64,000 bases of DNA from an uncultured Chloroflexia bacterium (GTDB lineage Bacteria > Chloroflexota > Limnocylindria > Limnocylindrales > CSP1-4): assembly GCA_963782715.1 (NCBI GenBank), contig CAWAKU010000003.1, forward strand, positions 3,259 through 67,258, given 5' to 3'. Below, in pieces: positions 27,617 through 36,107 of the stretch. Below the pieces are notes generated by a model. That model was not told the DNA's origin and did no database searches. It was given only the letters and a program-made list of their open reading frames with translations. The position numbers were made by a program, and so were the translations under genes. Each line of letters starts with the position of its first letter. The stretch's first letter is position 1.

Positions 27617-28918
27617 ATGACCCCCCGACTCGAGATCGACCGAGCGACCGCGCGTCGCTTCCTCGTCGCCCGCCACCTGCTGGCGCGACCGCGCTCGCTG
27701 CCGGCCGAGCCGGCGTCCGTCCTGCGCGTCATGGACCGGCTCGGCTCGCTCCAGTTCGACCCGCTCGAGGTCACCGGGCGCAACCACGACCTCGTCCTGG
27801 CGGCGCGGATCGACGGCTACCGGCGCGCCTGGACCGACGACCACCTGTATGGCTCGCGCGACCTGTACGAGACCTACAACAAGGGGCTGTCGATCGTCCC
27901 GACCGCCGAGCTGCCCTGGTATCGCATCGCCTGGGATCGGGCCGCAGCGCGCCACGACGGCGACGGCGCGGCGTTCGATGAGCACGGCCCGCTCGCCGAG
28001 GAGCTCCTCGCCCGGATCCGCGACGATGGCCCGCTCGCCTCGACCGATGTCGAACCACGAGCCGCCATCGACTGGTATTGGCGCCCGACCAACCAGGTCC
28101 GGGCGATCCTCGAAGCCCTGGCCGAGGCCGGTACCCTCGGGCTCGCCCGGCGCGATGGGAACCGGCGCGTCTACGACCTGGCCGAGCGGCTGTTCCCAGC
28201 GGACCTGCTCGCGCAACGGCGGCCCGAACCGGAGCAGCGCCGGCACAAGCTCCTGTCGCGCTACCGGGCGCACGGTCTCCTCGGGCGCTCGGGCAGCGGC
28301 GAGCTCTGGTTCGGGACCGAGCCCGCACGCGACGGCGGCGCGTCCGCCGGTGCGACCCGGCGAGAGCTGCTCGAGGGCCTGGTCGAGGACGGGACGCTGA
28401 TCCCGGTCGCCGTCGAGGGCGTCCGGGGCGACCGGTTCGTCCTCGCGGAAGAACAGGGGCTGCTGGCGTCGGCGGCCGAGGCTGGCATATCGGGCGAGCC
28501 AGGCGTCGCGTTCCTGGCGCCGCTCGACCCGCTCGTCTGGGACCGCGACCTGCTGCGCTCGCTGTTCGACTTCGACTACGTCTGGGAGGTCTACGTCCCG
28601 GCCGCCAAACGCCGCTGGGGCTACTACGTCCTGCCCATCCTGCTCGGTGACCGCCTCGTCGGCCGGATCGAGCCCCGCATCGACCGGCGGACGGGGACGC
28701 TCCGCGTGCTCGACCTGTGGTGGGAAGCAGGCTTCGACCCCGTGGCGGGCGAAGGTTTCGCCGCGGCCCTCACCGATGCCCTCGTGGCGCACGCCCGATT
28801 CCTCGATGCGGATCGGATCGTGCTGCCGCGCACGGCCCGACATCGGGAGCTCGGCGCGGCGATCCGGTCGCGGCTCGGGGCCGGCGGTCGCCTGCCCCGG
28901 GCCGGCCTCAGAGGTTGA
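27617..28918 (+). CDS. winged-helix YcaQ/AlkZ-like (DUF1006) family protein, putative DNA crosslink-repair glycosylase
   Basis: The internal ATG at 27617 gives 433 aa (MTPRLEIDRATARRFLVARHLL...). The family-typical C-terminal block is FDYVWEVYVPAAKRRWGYYVLPIL. Confidence 0.7.
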   Translation: MTPRLEIDRATARRFLVARHLLARPRSLPAEPASVLRVMDRLGSLQFDPLEVTGRNHDLVLAARIDGYRRAWTDDHLYGSRDLYETYNKGLSIVPTAELPWYRIAWDRAAARHDGDGAAFDEHGPLAEELLARIRDDGPLASTDVEPRAAIDWYWRPTNQVRAILEALAEAGTLGLARRDGNRRVYDLAERLFPADLLAQRRPEPEQRRHKLLSRYRAHGLLGRSGSGELWFGTEPARDGGASAGATRRELLEGLVEDGTLIPVAVEGVRGDRFVLAEEQGLLASAAEAGISGEPGVAFLAPLDPLVWDRDLLRSLFDFDYVWEVYVPAAKRRWGYYVLPILLGDRLVGRIEPRIDRRTGTLRVLDLWWEAGFDPVAGEGFAAALTDALVAHARFLDADRIVLPRTARHRELGAAIRSRLGAGGRLPRAGLRG

Positions 28919-29876
28919 TCCGGATGACCTGCCAGGGACCCCAGTTGCCGGCCCTGTCACGGGCCCGCACGCGGACCTCGTGGTCGTAGGCCTTCAGCCA
29001 CGTCACGGTTCTGTGGGTTGCCGTCGTGACCTTCCAGGAATGCCAGGCGCCACCGACCCGTCGTCGCTGGACCTGGTAATAGCGCAGTCCCGAGGTCATG
29101 ACCTGGAGCCGACGATCGCCGCCTGACCAGCGGATCGTCACCCGGGTGCGCGAATGACTCACGGAATGCTTGGAGATCGTCCCGAACTTCGCCCAGGCGC
29201 CGGTCTCGTCGGGCTCGCGGACGAACAGGCCGGCGTAGTAGCGCTTGCCGGTCACCGAGACCGCCGCCCCGAAGCCGACGTAGTTGTAGCCGGTCGAGAC
29301 CATGATGTCGTGGTGACTGGGCGAGGCCATCCAGGCACTGATGGCTTCGGCCGTCGAGTACTCGGTCGGGTAGGTGTTCCAGGCGATGATCTCGCCGGCG
29401 CTGAACCAGGTCAGCCGGGCAGCGTTGAGACGGTCGAACACCTTCCGCCCGTCAGGCTCGACGTGGCTCATCACGTCGTTGGCGGCCATGATCTCGGCGC
29501 GGGCGCGAGCGATCGCCATCAGATCCGGATCCGAGCGGAGGGCGACCAGGCCGTACTTGGCGCGCTGCCGATTGGTCAGGGTGACCAGGTCGACCTCGGC
29601 CTGCGCCAGGACCTCGGGCGAGACCGGGTCGACGACCGGGGGCGGGAGCGGATCCGCCACCGGGTCGCTGGAACCCCGTTCGACGGCGCCGACCGGCGCG
29701 GCGAGCGGCAGCACGAGGGCTCCCGCGAGCAGGATGGCAGCGAAGCGGCGACCGGAGGTGAGCACGGATCGATCGTCGCGAGCGGTCGGCCGGCGCGGTA
29801 TGGCCAGGGTGTCACGGTCGGTCGTCGCGTTGGTACGGGCACCGGACCGCCCGCGAACGACCCGCACTGTCCCCAT
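28908..29876 (-). CDS. secreted CAP/SCP (PR-1-like) domain protein with C-terminal Ig/FN3-like domain
   Basis: It has a signal-like segment (RRFAAILLAGALVLPLAAPVGA) and CAP blocks (LTNRQRAKYGL, SHHDIMVSTGYNYVGFG). The start codon is uncertain. Confidence 0.7.
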   Translation of the reverse strand: MGTVRVVRGRSGARTNATTDRDTLAIPRRPTARDDRSVLTSGRRFAAILLAGALVLPLAAPVGAVERGSSDPVADPLPPPVVDPVSPEVLAQAEVDLVTLTNRQRAKYGLVALRSDPDLMAIARARAEIMAANDVMSHVEPDGRKVFDRLNAARLTWFSAGEIIAWNTYPTEYSTAEAISAWMASPSHHDIMVSTGYNYVGFGAAVSVTGKRYYAGLFVREPDETGAWAKFGTISKHSVSHSRTRVTIRWSGGDRRLQVMTSGLRYYQVQRRRVGGAWHSWKVTTATHRTVTWLKAYDHEVRVRARDRAGNWGPWQVIRINL

Positions 29877-29957
29877 CCCGGGCGGACCACTCGGACAACG
29901 GAACGATGCCTGTGGGACGATGCGCCCGGCCCATCCCTCGCAGCCCAGGAGTCCCCG

Positions 29958-30401
29958 ATGTCTGCCATCCGTCGCGCCGAAGCCACTTGGTCGGGCAACC
30001 TTGCCACTGGTTCCGGCGCCGTCTCCGCGATGTCTTCCGGTGCGTTCAGTTCCCTGCCCGTGAGCTGGTCGGCGAGAACCGAGGCGTCAGACGGACTGAC
30101 CAGCCCGGAGGAGCTCGTCGCCGCTGCCCACGCCGCGTGCTTCTCGATGGCCCTGTCCGGGGCGCTCGGCCGGGCCGGGACGCCACCCGAGCGACTCGAT
30201 GTCTCCGCGGAGGTCACGTTCGACAAGCTCGAGGCTGGCTGGCGCGTTGTGTCGAGCGCCCTGACGGTGCGCGGTCGCGTGCCCGGCATGAGCGCCGCGG
30301 ACTTCATGGCGGCTGCCGAGGGCGCCAAGGACGGCTGCCCCATCAGTCAGGCGCTGAAGGGCAACGTGGCGCTCAGCGTCGAGGCGGTGCTCGAGGAGTG
30401 A
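29958..30401 (+). CDS. OsmC family peroxiredoxin
   Basis: The internal ATG at 29958 gives 147 aa. The two conserved Cys lie in AHAACFSMAL and DGCPISQAL. Confidence 0.85.
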   Translation: MSAIRRAEATWSGNLATGSGAVSAMSSGAFSSLPVSWSARTEASDGLTSPEELVAAAHAACFSMALSGALGRAGTPPERLDVSAEVTFDKLEAGWRVVSSALTVRGRVPGMSAADFMAAAEGAKDGCPISQALKGNVALSVEAVLEE

Positions 30402-30406
30402 CGGGC

Positions 30407-30425
30407 GCCGGGCCACGAACCCGGC
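30407..30425 (+). terminator. short GC hairpin after the OsmC gene (GCCGGG-N7-CCCGGC)
   Basis: The inverted repeat is read directly. There is no U-tract. Confidence 0.25.
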
Positions 30426-30511
30426 GATCGCCGTGATTGAACGCGCACGGTCCTCCGCGACTCAGTAGAGTCGGACGGCGTCCCCGATGGGCGCCACGGA
30501 GGGCCGATCGA

Positions 30512-31066
30512 TTGGATCGAGACCTCGTCGAGCAGGCGCAACGCGGGGACCGGGAGGCATTCGCCGTCCTGGTCCGGACGCGCGGCGACCGGCTCATGGG
30601 GATCGCCCGACGGATCCTGCGGGACGTCGGACGGGCCGAGGATGCCGTGCAGCAGACGCTGGTGATCGCCTGGCGTGAACTGCCGAGCCTCCGCGATCCG
30701 GACCGCTTCGACGCCTGGCTGCAGCGGCTCCTCGTCAACGCGAGCTACTCGGAAGCGCGTCGCACGCGCGCCTGGAACGCCAATGTCCGCATCCTCCCGG
30801 TCGACGGACCGGCCGGCCCGGATGAAACGCTCTCGCTCGACGACCGTGATCGACTCGATCGCGCGTTCCGGCGGCTGCCGCCCGAGCAGAGGGCGATCCT
30901 CGTCTTCACGCACTACCTGGGCCTGACCCCGACCGAGATCGCCGAGCGCCTCGAGATCCCGGTCGGGACCGCCCGATCCCGACTTCACTACGCCCACCGG
31001 GCGATGCGCGCGGCCATCGAGGCCGACGAGCGTCCTGCCACGGTGGCCGGAGGACGACCCCGATGA
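30512..31066 (+). CDS. ECF-type RNA polymerase sigma factor (copy 1)
   Basis: The TTG at 30512 follows GGAGGG and aligns with the start of copy 2. It has regions 2 and 4 (DAVQQTLVIAWREL; LTPTEIAERLEIPVGTARSRLHYA). The stop overlaps the Kelch ATG (ATGA). Confidence 0.85.
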   Translation: MDRDLVEQAQRGDREAFAVLVRTRGDRLMGIARRILRDVGRAEDAVQQTLVIAWRELPSLRDPDRFDAWLQRLLVNASYSEARRTRAWNANVRILPVDGPAGPDETLSLDDRDRLDRAFRRLPPEQRAILVFTHYLGLTPTEIAERLEIPVGTARSRLHYAHRAMRAAIEADERPATVAGGRPR

Positions 31067-32352
31067 CCAGTCAGCGAGAACTCGACCGCCTCATCGATGC
31101 GTATTTCGACGATGGCCGGGACGAGCTCGCCGACCGGGTGTTCGAAGCCGCCCTCGACCAGATCGACCGCACCCATCAGCGGCGGGTCGTGAACCTGCCG
31201 CGGAGGTTCCGAACCATGACGATGCCCTTCCGCCTTGCCGTGGCCGCCGTCATCGGCGTGCTTGCGGTCGGAGGCGCGCTGTACCTGATCAGACCTGGTC
31301 AACCCTCCGTCGGACCTCCCGGTCCAACACCGAGTCCGAGCTCGACCGCCGTCGCACCCGCCTGGACCACGACCGGTGCCATGTCCGCCGGGCGGGTCAA
31401 CTTCGGAGCCACGCCCCTGGCCGACGGGACAGTCCTGGCCGCTGGTGGGCTCGGGCAGAACGGAGGGCTTTCATCAGCCGAACGCTTCGACCCGACCCAC
31501 GGGTCGTGGACGTCCACCGATGCGATGCACGCCCAGCGCGGATTCGCGGTCGCGACCCGGCTGCTCGACGGCAGGGTTCTTGTGACCGGCGGGAATACCG
31601 CGAGTGCCGAGATCTACGACCCCACGACCGGGCACTGGACCTCAACGTCGCTGATGACGGAGAGCCGCTCGCAGCACATGGCCGCGCTGCTCCGCGACGG
31701 CCGAGTCCTTGTGGCTGGCGGAACCCAGGGGGACACGCCTGTGGCAGCTGAGATCTTCGACCCGACCGCAGGGACGTGGACTCCCACCGGGATCATGGTC
31801 ACGTGGCGCGCCTCGTCTTCGATGACCGTCCTGCCCGATGGCAAGGTCCTGGTCGCCGGGGGGTTCGCCACGGACACGCGAAGCGCCGAGCTGTTCGATC
31901 CAGCGACCGGCCGATGGACTGCCACGGGCCGAATGGCCACGGGGCGCGCGGACGGGCAGGCAGCCACCCTGCTGCCCAGCGGCAAGGTGCTGGTCGCCGG
32001 AGGCGTCGCATCGTCAGCGACCGAGCTCTACGACCCCGTGACCGGAACGTGGACCGCGACAGGCCCGCTGGCGACGGTCGCCAACGGTCCAGCGGCTGCC
32101 CTTCTCCCGAATGGCACCGTGCTGCTGGCTGGCGGCCTCGGCATCGCCAGCGACAGCGACGCCCTCACCGCGGCTCAGGTGTACGACCCGTCGACCGGAA
32201 CGTGGTCCCCGACGACGTCCTTGCACGAAGCCCGGATCTCCGCTCAGGCAAACCTCCTGTCCGACGGCCGCGTCCTCGTCATGGGGGGCAGCACGACGGG
32301 CAGCGGCGGCACGTTCCTGACGTCGTCCGAGCTGTACGTTCCGGGTCCCTGA
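31063..32352 (+). CDS. membrane-anchored seven-bladed Kelch-repeat beta-propeller protein (putative cognate anti-sigma/sensor, copy 1)
   Basis: 429 aa. It has a ~45-aa cytoplasmic N-terminus, one TM (FRLAVAAVIGVLAVGGALYLI), a Pro/Ser linker, and repeats of the form AE(L/I)YDPxTGxWTxTGxM...LLxDGRVLVAGG. Confidence 0.8.
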   Translation: MTSQRELDRLIDAYFDDGRDELADRVFEAALDQIDRTHQRRVVNLPRRFRTMTMPFRLAVAAVIGVLAVGGALYLIRPGQPSVGPPGPTPSPSSTAVAPAWTTTGAMSAGRVNFGATPLADGTVLAAGGLGQNGGLSSAERFDPTHGSWTSTDAMHAQRGFAVATRLLDGRVLVTGGNTASAEIYDPTTGHWTSTSLMTESRSQHMAALLRDGRVLVAGGTQGDTPVAAEIFDPTAGTWTPTGIMVTWRASSSMTVLPDGKVLVAGGFATDTRSAELFDPATGRWTATGRMATGRADGQAATLLPSGKVLVAGGVASSATELYDPVTGTWTATGPLATVANGPAAALLPNGTVLLAGGLGIASDSDALTAAQVYDPSTGTWSPTTSLHEARISAQANLLSDGRVLVMGGSTTGSGGTFLTSSELYVPGP

Positions 32353-32500
32353 CCCACGGTCGACGCGCCCGCGCCGGTTCCGCGGTCTAGCCGATCGTCA
32401 GGAGCCGGCGCGGACTCCCTTGACATCTGAACGTTTCGGCGACGGCCGGCTCCATACTCGGTGAAGCGGCCAAACGGGCTGCATACCACGGGAGCCAGAC

Positions 32501-33055
32501 GTGCCGGTCGAGCTCGTGGAACGGGCGATGCGCGGCGACCAGGATGCATTCGCATCACTGGCCGCCGCGTCCGTCGACCGCTGCTACGCACTCGCCTATC
32601 GGATCCTTCGCGATCCGCACCGAGCGCAGGATGCGACCCAGCAGGCCCTCATCGGGGCCTGGCGGGACCTGCGATCGCTGCGCGACCCGGAGCGTTTCGA
32701 GGCATGGCTCTACCGGCTCGTCGTCAATGCCTGCTACGCGGACGCGCGTGGCGAGCGTCGTCGCATCGCCCGGATCCGGGCGCTCGCGGTCGAACCACCC
32801 ACCTCGCCTGATATCGCCCGAGGTGTGGCTGCACGCGACGAGCTCGAGCAGGCCTTCCGCCTGCTGACCCCGGAACAACGCGCGGTGGTCGTGCTGCATC
32901 ACCACCTCGGGTACCCGTTGACCGAGATCGCCTCGGTCCTCGGCATCCCGGTGGGGACCGCGCGATCTCGACTCCACTACGCGGTCCGTCAGCTGCGGGC
33001 CGCGCTCGACACCGACAGCGGGGCGCTCGCGACCCCCGGGGAGCGCAGCGCATGA
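32501..33055 (+). CDS. ECF-type RNA polymerase sigma factor (copy 2)
   Basis: 184 aa, colinear with copy 1 and identical at roughly half of positions by eye. The stop overlaps the Kelch ATG (ATGA). Confidence 0.85.
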   Translation: MPVELVERAMRGDQDAFASLAAASVDRCYALAYRILRDPHRAQDATQQALIGAWRDLRSLRDPERFEAWLYRLVVNACYADARGERRRIARIRALAVEPPTSPDIARGVAARDELEQAFRLLTPEQRAVVVLHHHLGYPLTEIASVLGIPVGTARSRLHYAVRQLRAALDTDSGALATPGERSA

Positions 33056-34332
33056 CCCGACTGACCGATCCTCTCTTCGACCAGCGCATCGCCGACTGGC
33101 TTGAAGGCGACCCTGGTCGCGCCCCGGCGCAGGCGCTCGACATCGTCCTGGCCGCGGTCCCATCGATCCGACAACGGCGCGTGGCGCCGTGGAGGTTCCC
33201 GACCATGACCATGCCCATCCGCCTCGCCGCGGCCGCCGTGATCGGCGCGCTCGTGCTTGGAGGCGCATTCCTGCTCGCCGGCGGCGGGTCGAAACCGTCG
33301 GTCGTGACGCCGACCGCGAGCCCGACGCCCTTCACCGCCTGGACCACGATCGCCGCGCCGACGATCGATCGCGGTGTGAGTGGCCTGACCGTCCCGCTCC
33401 TCGACGGACGAATCCTGGTCGCGGGCGGCGGCAACGCACTCAAGTCAGCGGAGGTATACGACCCTCGAACCCGCACCTGGACCGCGACCGGCTCCATGCA
33501 CGATGGTCGCACATACCCCGTCGGCGTCCGGCTGGCCGACGGGCGGGTCCTCGTCGCCGGCGGCGACGATGGCAACACCAATCTCGACTCTGCCGAACTG
33601 TACGACCCGAAGACCGGCGCCTGGACGTCGACCGGTCCCATGACCGAAGCGCGGAACCAGGCCTTTGGCGCCCTGCTGGCCGATGGCAAGGTCCTCGTCG
33701 CCGGCCGCGGGGCGGACGATGGCCTGCATCAGACCGCCGAGCTGTACGATCCGGCGACCGGACGATGGACGGCGACCGGGAGCATGACGACCGGGCGGGC
33801 CGGCCCATTGGCGGCCACTCTCCTACGTGATGGTCGCGTCCTGGTCGCCGGCGGATTCGCCGACAACAAGACGACTGCCGAGCTCTACGATCCGAAGATC
33901 GGCTCCTGGACCGACACGAACCGCATGGACACGGAGCGAGTCGACGAGCAGACGGCGGTCGTCCTGTCCGACGGCAAGGTCCTGATCATCGGCGGCAACC
34001 CAAGTTCGGGGGACATCTTCGATCCGGCCACGAGCACCTGGACCGCGACCGGGCCGATGACCCAGGCACATGCGGACCTGCTTGCCTCTGTCCTGCTGCC
34101 GGATGGGACCGTCTTCCTCGCCGGCGGGCGCAGCGGCGTTGCCGATGACGTCGCGAAGGCCGAGCTCTACCACCCGGCGACACGCGGGTGGTCGGCCGGG
34201 GAGGCCCTCACCGGATCCCGGTTCGTCCGGTCGGCGTCCCTGTTGCCTGATGGCACGGTCCTGGTCGTTGGTTCCACGACTGCCGATACAAGCGGACAGG
34301 CGACAGCTGGGCTTTACGACCCGACGCCCTGA
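33052..34332 (+). CDS. membrane-anchored Kelch-repeat beta-propeller protein (copy 2)
   Basis: 426 aa with the same architecture as copy 1. The juxtamembrane block QRRV..(R/W)RF.TMTMP(F/I)RLA.AAVIG is shared. Confidence 0.8.
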   Translation: MTRLTDPLFDQRIADWLEGDPGRAPAQALDIVLAAVPSIRQRRVAPWRFPTMTMPIRLAAAAVIGALVLGGAFLLAGGGSKPSVVTPTASPTPFTAWTTIAAPTIDRGVSGLTVPLLDGRILVAGGGNALKSAEVYDPRTRTWTATGSMHDGRTYPVGVRLADGRVLVAGGDDGNTNLDSAELYDPKTGAWTSTGPMTEARNQAFGALLADGKVLVAGRGADDGLHQTAELYDPATGRWTATGSMTTGRAGPLAATLLRDGRVLVAGGFADNKTTAELYDPKIGSWTDTNRMDTERVDEQTAVVLSDGKVLIIGGNPSSGDIFDPATSTWTATGPMTQAHADLLASVLLPDGTVFLAGGRSGVADDVAKAELYHPATRGWSAGEALTGSRFVRSASLLPDGTVLVVGSTTADTSGQATAGLYDPTP

Positions 34333-34374
34333 TCGACCTCGACCGTGCTGCTGCCCGTGTCGGTTTCGGACGGT

Positions 34375-35310
34375 CTACCCGATCGTCAGGAGCCGGCGCG
34401 GGTTCGCCACGGTCATCGACTCGATCTCCGCGTCCGACACTCCGGCGACTCGGAGTCTCGGCAGGAAGTCGTCGGTCAGGTACGTGTAGCCGTTGCCGCC
34501 GAAGGCCTTGAGCTGCGAATCGTTGCAGACGTCCTGGCTCACGAAGAGGCGCTCGGCGAACCCGCGTCCGAGGAGCTCGCACACGAGCTCGATCGTCCGG
34601 GTCTCGCCGATGCGCTCACGCTCCCAGGGCATCCCGATGAAGTCGAACTCGAGGTTGGCGCCTCGTTCCAGGATCGCCAGGTAGTGCTCGAGGACCTGAT
34701 ACGAATCCGCATGGCCGATGACCACCCGACCCGGGTCCGCGCCCTCCTCCTCGAAGATCCGGAGCTGCGCGAGGCCGACGTCGGACAGGACCGCGTGGGT
34801 CGTGATGGCGAGCCCCGTCTGGCGGGCCGCGCGGGCGACCGCCCGGTGGACGCGCTCCTCGGCCGGTGACAGCCACGGCTTGTCCGTGCCGATCTCGCCG
34901 ATGATCCCAGGCCGGATCCCGGTCTCCCCCACCCCGTCCTCGAACTCCGCGACCAGCTCGTCGGCCAGGTCGTCCACGGATCGTCGGTCGATCAGCGCTT
35001 CTGGCGGGTAGTAGGCAGTCCGATACCAGCCGCAGCCCATCACGACGTTCAGGCCGCTCACCTCCGCGACTCGACGGAGCCAGGCCGGGTCGCGCCCGAC
35101 GCCCGGCAGCGTCAGGTCCACCAGCCCGCTCCCGCCGGCGGCACTGAATGCCGCCAGCTCGTCGAGGATGACCGGCTCGTCGCGGGTGAGCTGCCAGTAA
35201 TCCCAGCGGGACTGGATGTGCCACAGGGCGATCTGGGTGTGCTCGTGCGGCAATGTGAACCCGAGCTCGCCCGGGTCGACCGGACCGAGGACCGTCTGGA
35301 CGTGCGCCAT
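34375..35310 (-). CDS. phosphotriesterase-related (amidohydrolase superfamily, PTE/PHP family) protein
   Basis: 311 aa with an N-terminal metal motif (GFTLPHEHT) and family-typical TIM-barrel blocks. Confidence 0.85.
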   Translation of the reverse strand: MAHVQTVLGPVDPGELGFTLPHEHTQIALWHIQSRWDYWQLTRDEPVILDELAAFSAAGGSGLVDLTLPGVGRDPAWLRRVAEVSGLNVVMGCGWYRTAYYPPEALIDRRSVDDLADELVAEFEDGVGETGIRPGIIGEIGTDKPWLSPAEERVHRAVARAARQTGLAITTHAVLSDVGLAQLRIFEEEGADPGRVVIGHADSYQVLEHYLAILERGANLEFDFIGMPWERERIGETRTIELVCELLGRGFAERLFVSQDVCNDSQLKAFGGNGYTYLTDDFLPRLRVAGVSDAEIESMTVANPRRLLTIG

Positions 35311-35321
35311 GGGGGTCGATG

Positions 35322-35972
35322 CTACGCCGTCGGGACCGCCTCGGGGACGCCGGCCGACGCCGGCCGGGCGCCGAGCAGCAGTTCGACCATCGCCATGGCC
35401 CGGCGCTCGAGGTCAGCCGGCCGATAGGCATCGCCGGCTTCGATGCGCTGGAGCATCAGCCCATCGAGCAGGGCCAGCAGGCCGCGGGTGACCGCGTCGA
35501 CATCGAGCGAGGCCGGCAGCTCGCCGTTGACCACCCCCTGGCGCAGCAGCATCTGGCCGGCACCGGCCAGCCGCTCACGCCGGCCGGCGAGCATCTCGCG
35601 GACGCCGGGCTCGCGATCGGCCTCCGCCCACGCCTGGACGAGCGTGACCTGCCCGGGCGCGCCGTCGTACTCGTCGATGGTCTCCACGTACAGACGGATG
35701 GCGATGGCCAGCCGTTCGGCCGTCGTCGTGGCCGAAGCGAGGCGCGCCGCAAGCTCATCCAGACCGCGCGCCGCGATCTGATCGCAGGTCAGCCGGATGA
35801 GCTCGTCCTTGCCCGAGAAGTACGAGTAGATCGCCCCGACGGACAGGCCGCTCTCGCGCACGACATCGGCGATGGTCGAGCTGTGGTAGCCCTTGTCGGC
35901 AAAGACCCGGCTCGCGGCGACGAGGATCCGATCCCGGATCTCCTGCTCGTGGGCGGCACTGACGCGCGGCAC
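35322..35972 (-). CDS. TetR family transcriptional regulator
   Basis: The GTG at 35972 follows AGGAG-N5. The HTH block is FADKGYHSSTIADVVRESGLSVGAIYSYF. It is divergent from the MMPL gene. Confidence 0.85.
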   Translation of the reverse strand: MPRVSAAHEQEIRDRILVAASRVFADKGYHSSTIADVVRESGLSVGAIYSYFSGKDELIRLTCDQIAARGLDELAARLASATTTAERLAIAIRLYVETIDEYDGAPGQVTLVQAWAEADREPGVREMLAGRRERLAGAGQMLLRQGVVNGELPASLDVDAVTRGLLALLDGLMLQRIEAGDAYRPADLERRAMAMVELLLGARPASAGVPEAVPTA

Positions 35973-36043
35973 GTCGACTCCTAAAACGAATGTTCCTTCT
36001 TCGCAATCTAGCGCAGTCTCGTGCGTGGCGCAACTCATGGAGC

Positions 36044-36073
36044 TTGACAAAGAGAATGACCATTCTCTATCGT
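36044..36073 (+). promoter_or_regulatory. MMPL promoter candidate (TTGACA-N18-TATCGT) overlapped by a perfect palindrome AGAGAATG-AC-CATTCTCT (candidate TetR operator)
   Basis: TTGACA lies at 36044-36049, the 18-bp palindrome at 36051-36068 and TATCGT at 36068-36073. The region is AT-rich in a GC-rich genome and lies 35 nt upstream of the MMPL ATG. Confidence 0.4.
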
Positions 36074-36107
36074 GCGTCGCACTGCCGCCGTCCCATGAGG
36101 TATCCCG

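Larger units (their letters stand above)
30426..34401 (+). repeat. tandem segmental duplication, two ~1988-bp units (30426-32413 and 32414-34401), each carrying promoter region, ECF sigma, Kelch protein and 3' hairpin
   Basis: The two units are colinear. Both sigma genes are 555 nt, and the Kelch genes encode 429 and 426 aa. A 23-nt identical string occurs at 32391-32413 and 34379-34401, offset by 1988. TGAAC motifs sit 70 and 69 nt upstream of the two sigma starts. Confidence 0.6.

Noticed and set aside
32421-32456. TTGACA at 32420-32425 with CATACT about 27 nt downstream, considered as a sigma-70 promoter for the second ECF sigma gene.
   Set aside because: The spacer is far too long for a -35/-10 pair. 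The TGAAC motif shared with copy 1 at a conserved distance is a better, though still weak, candidate.
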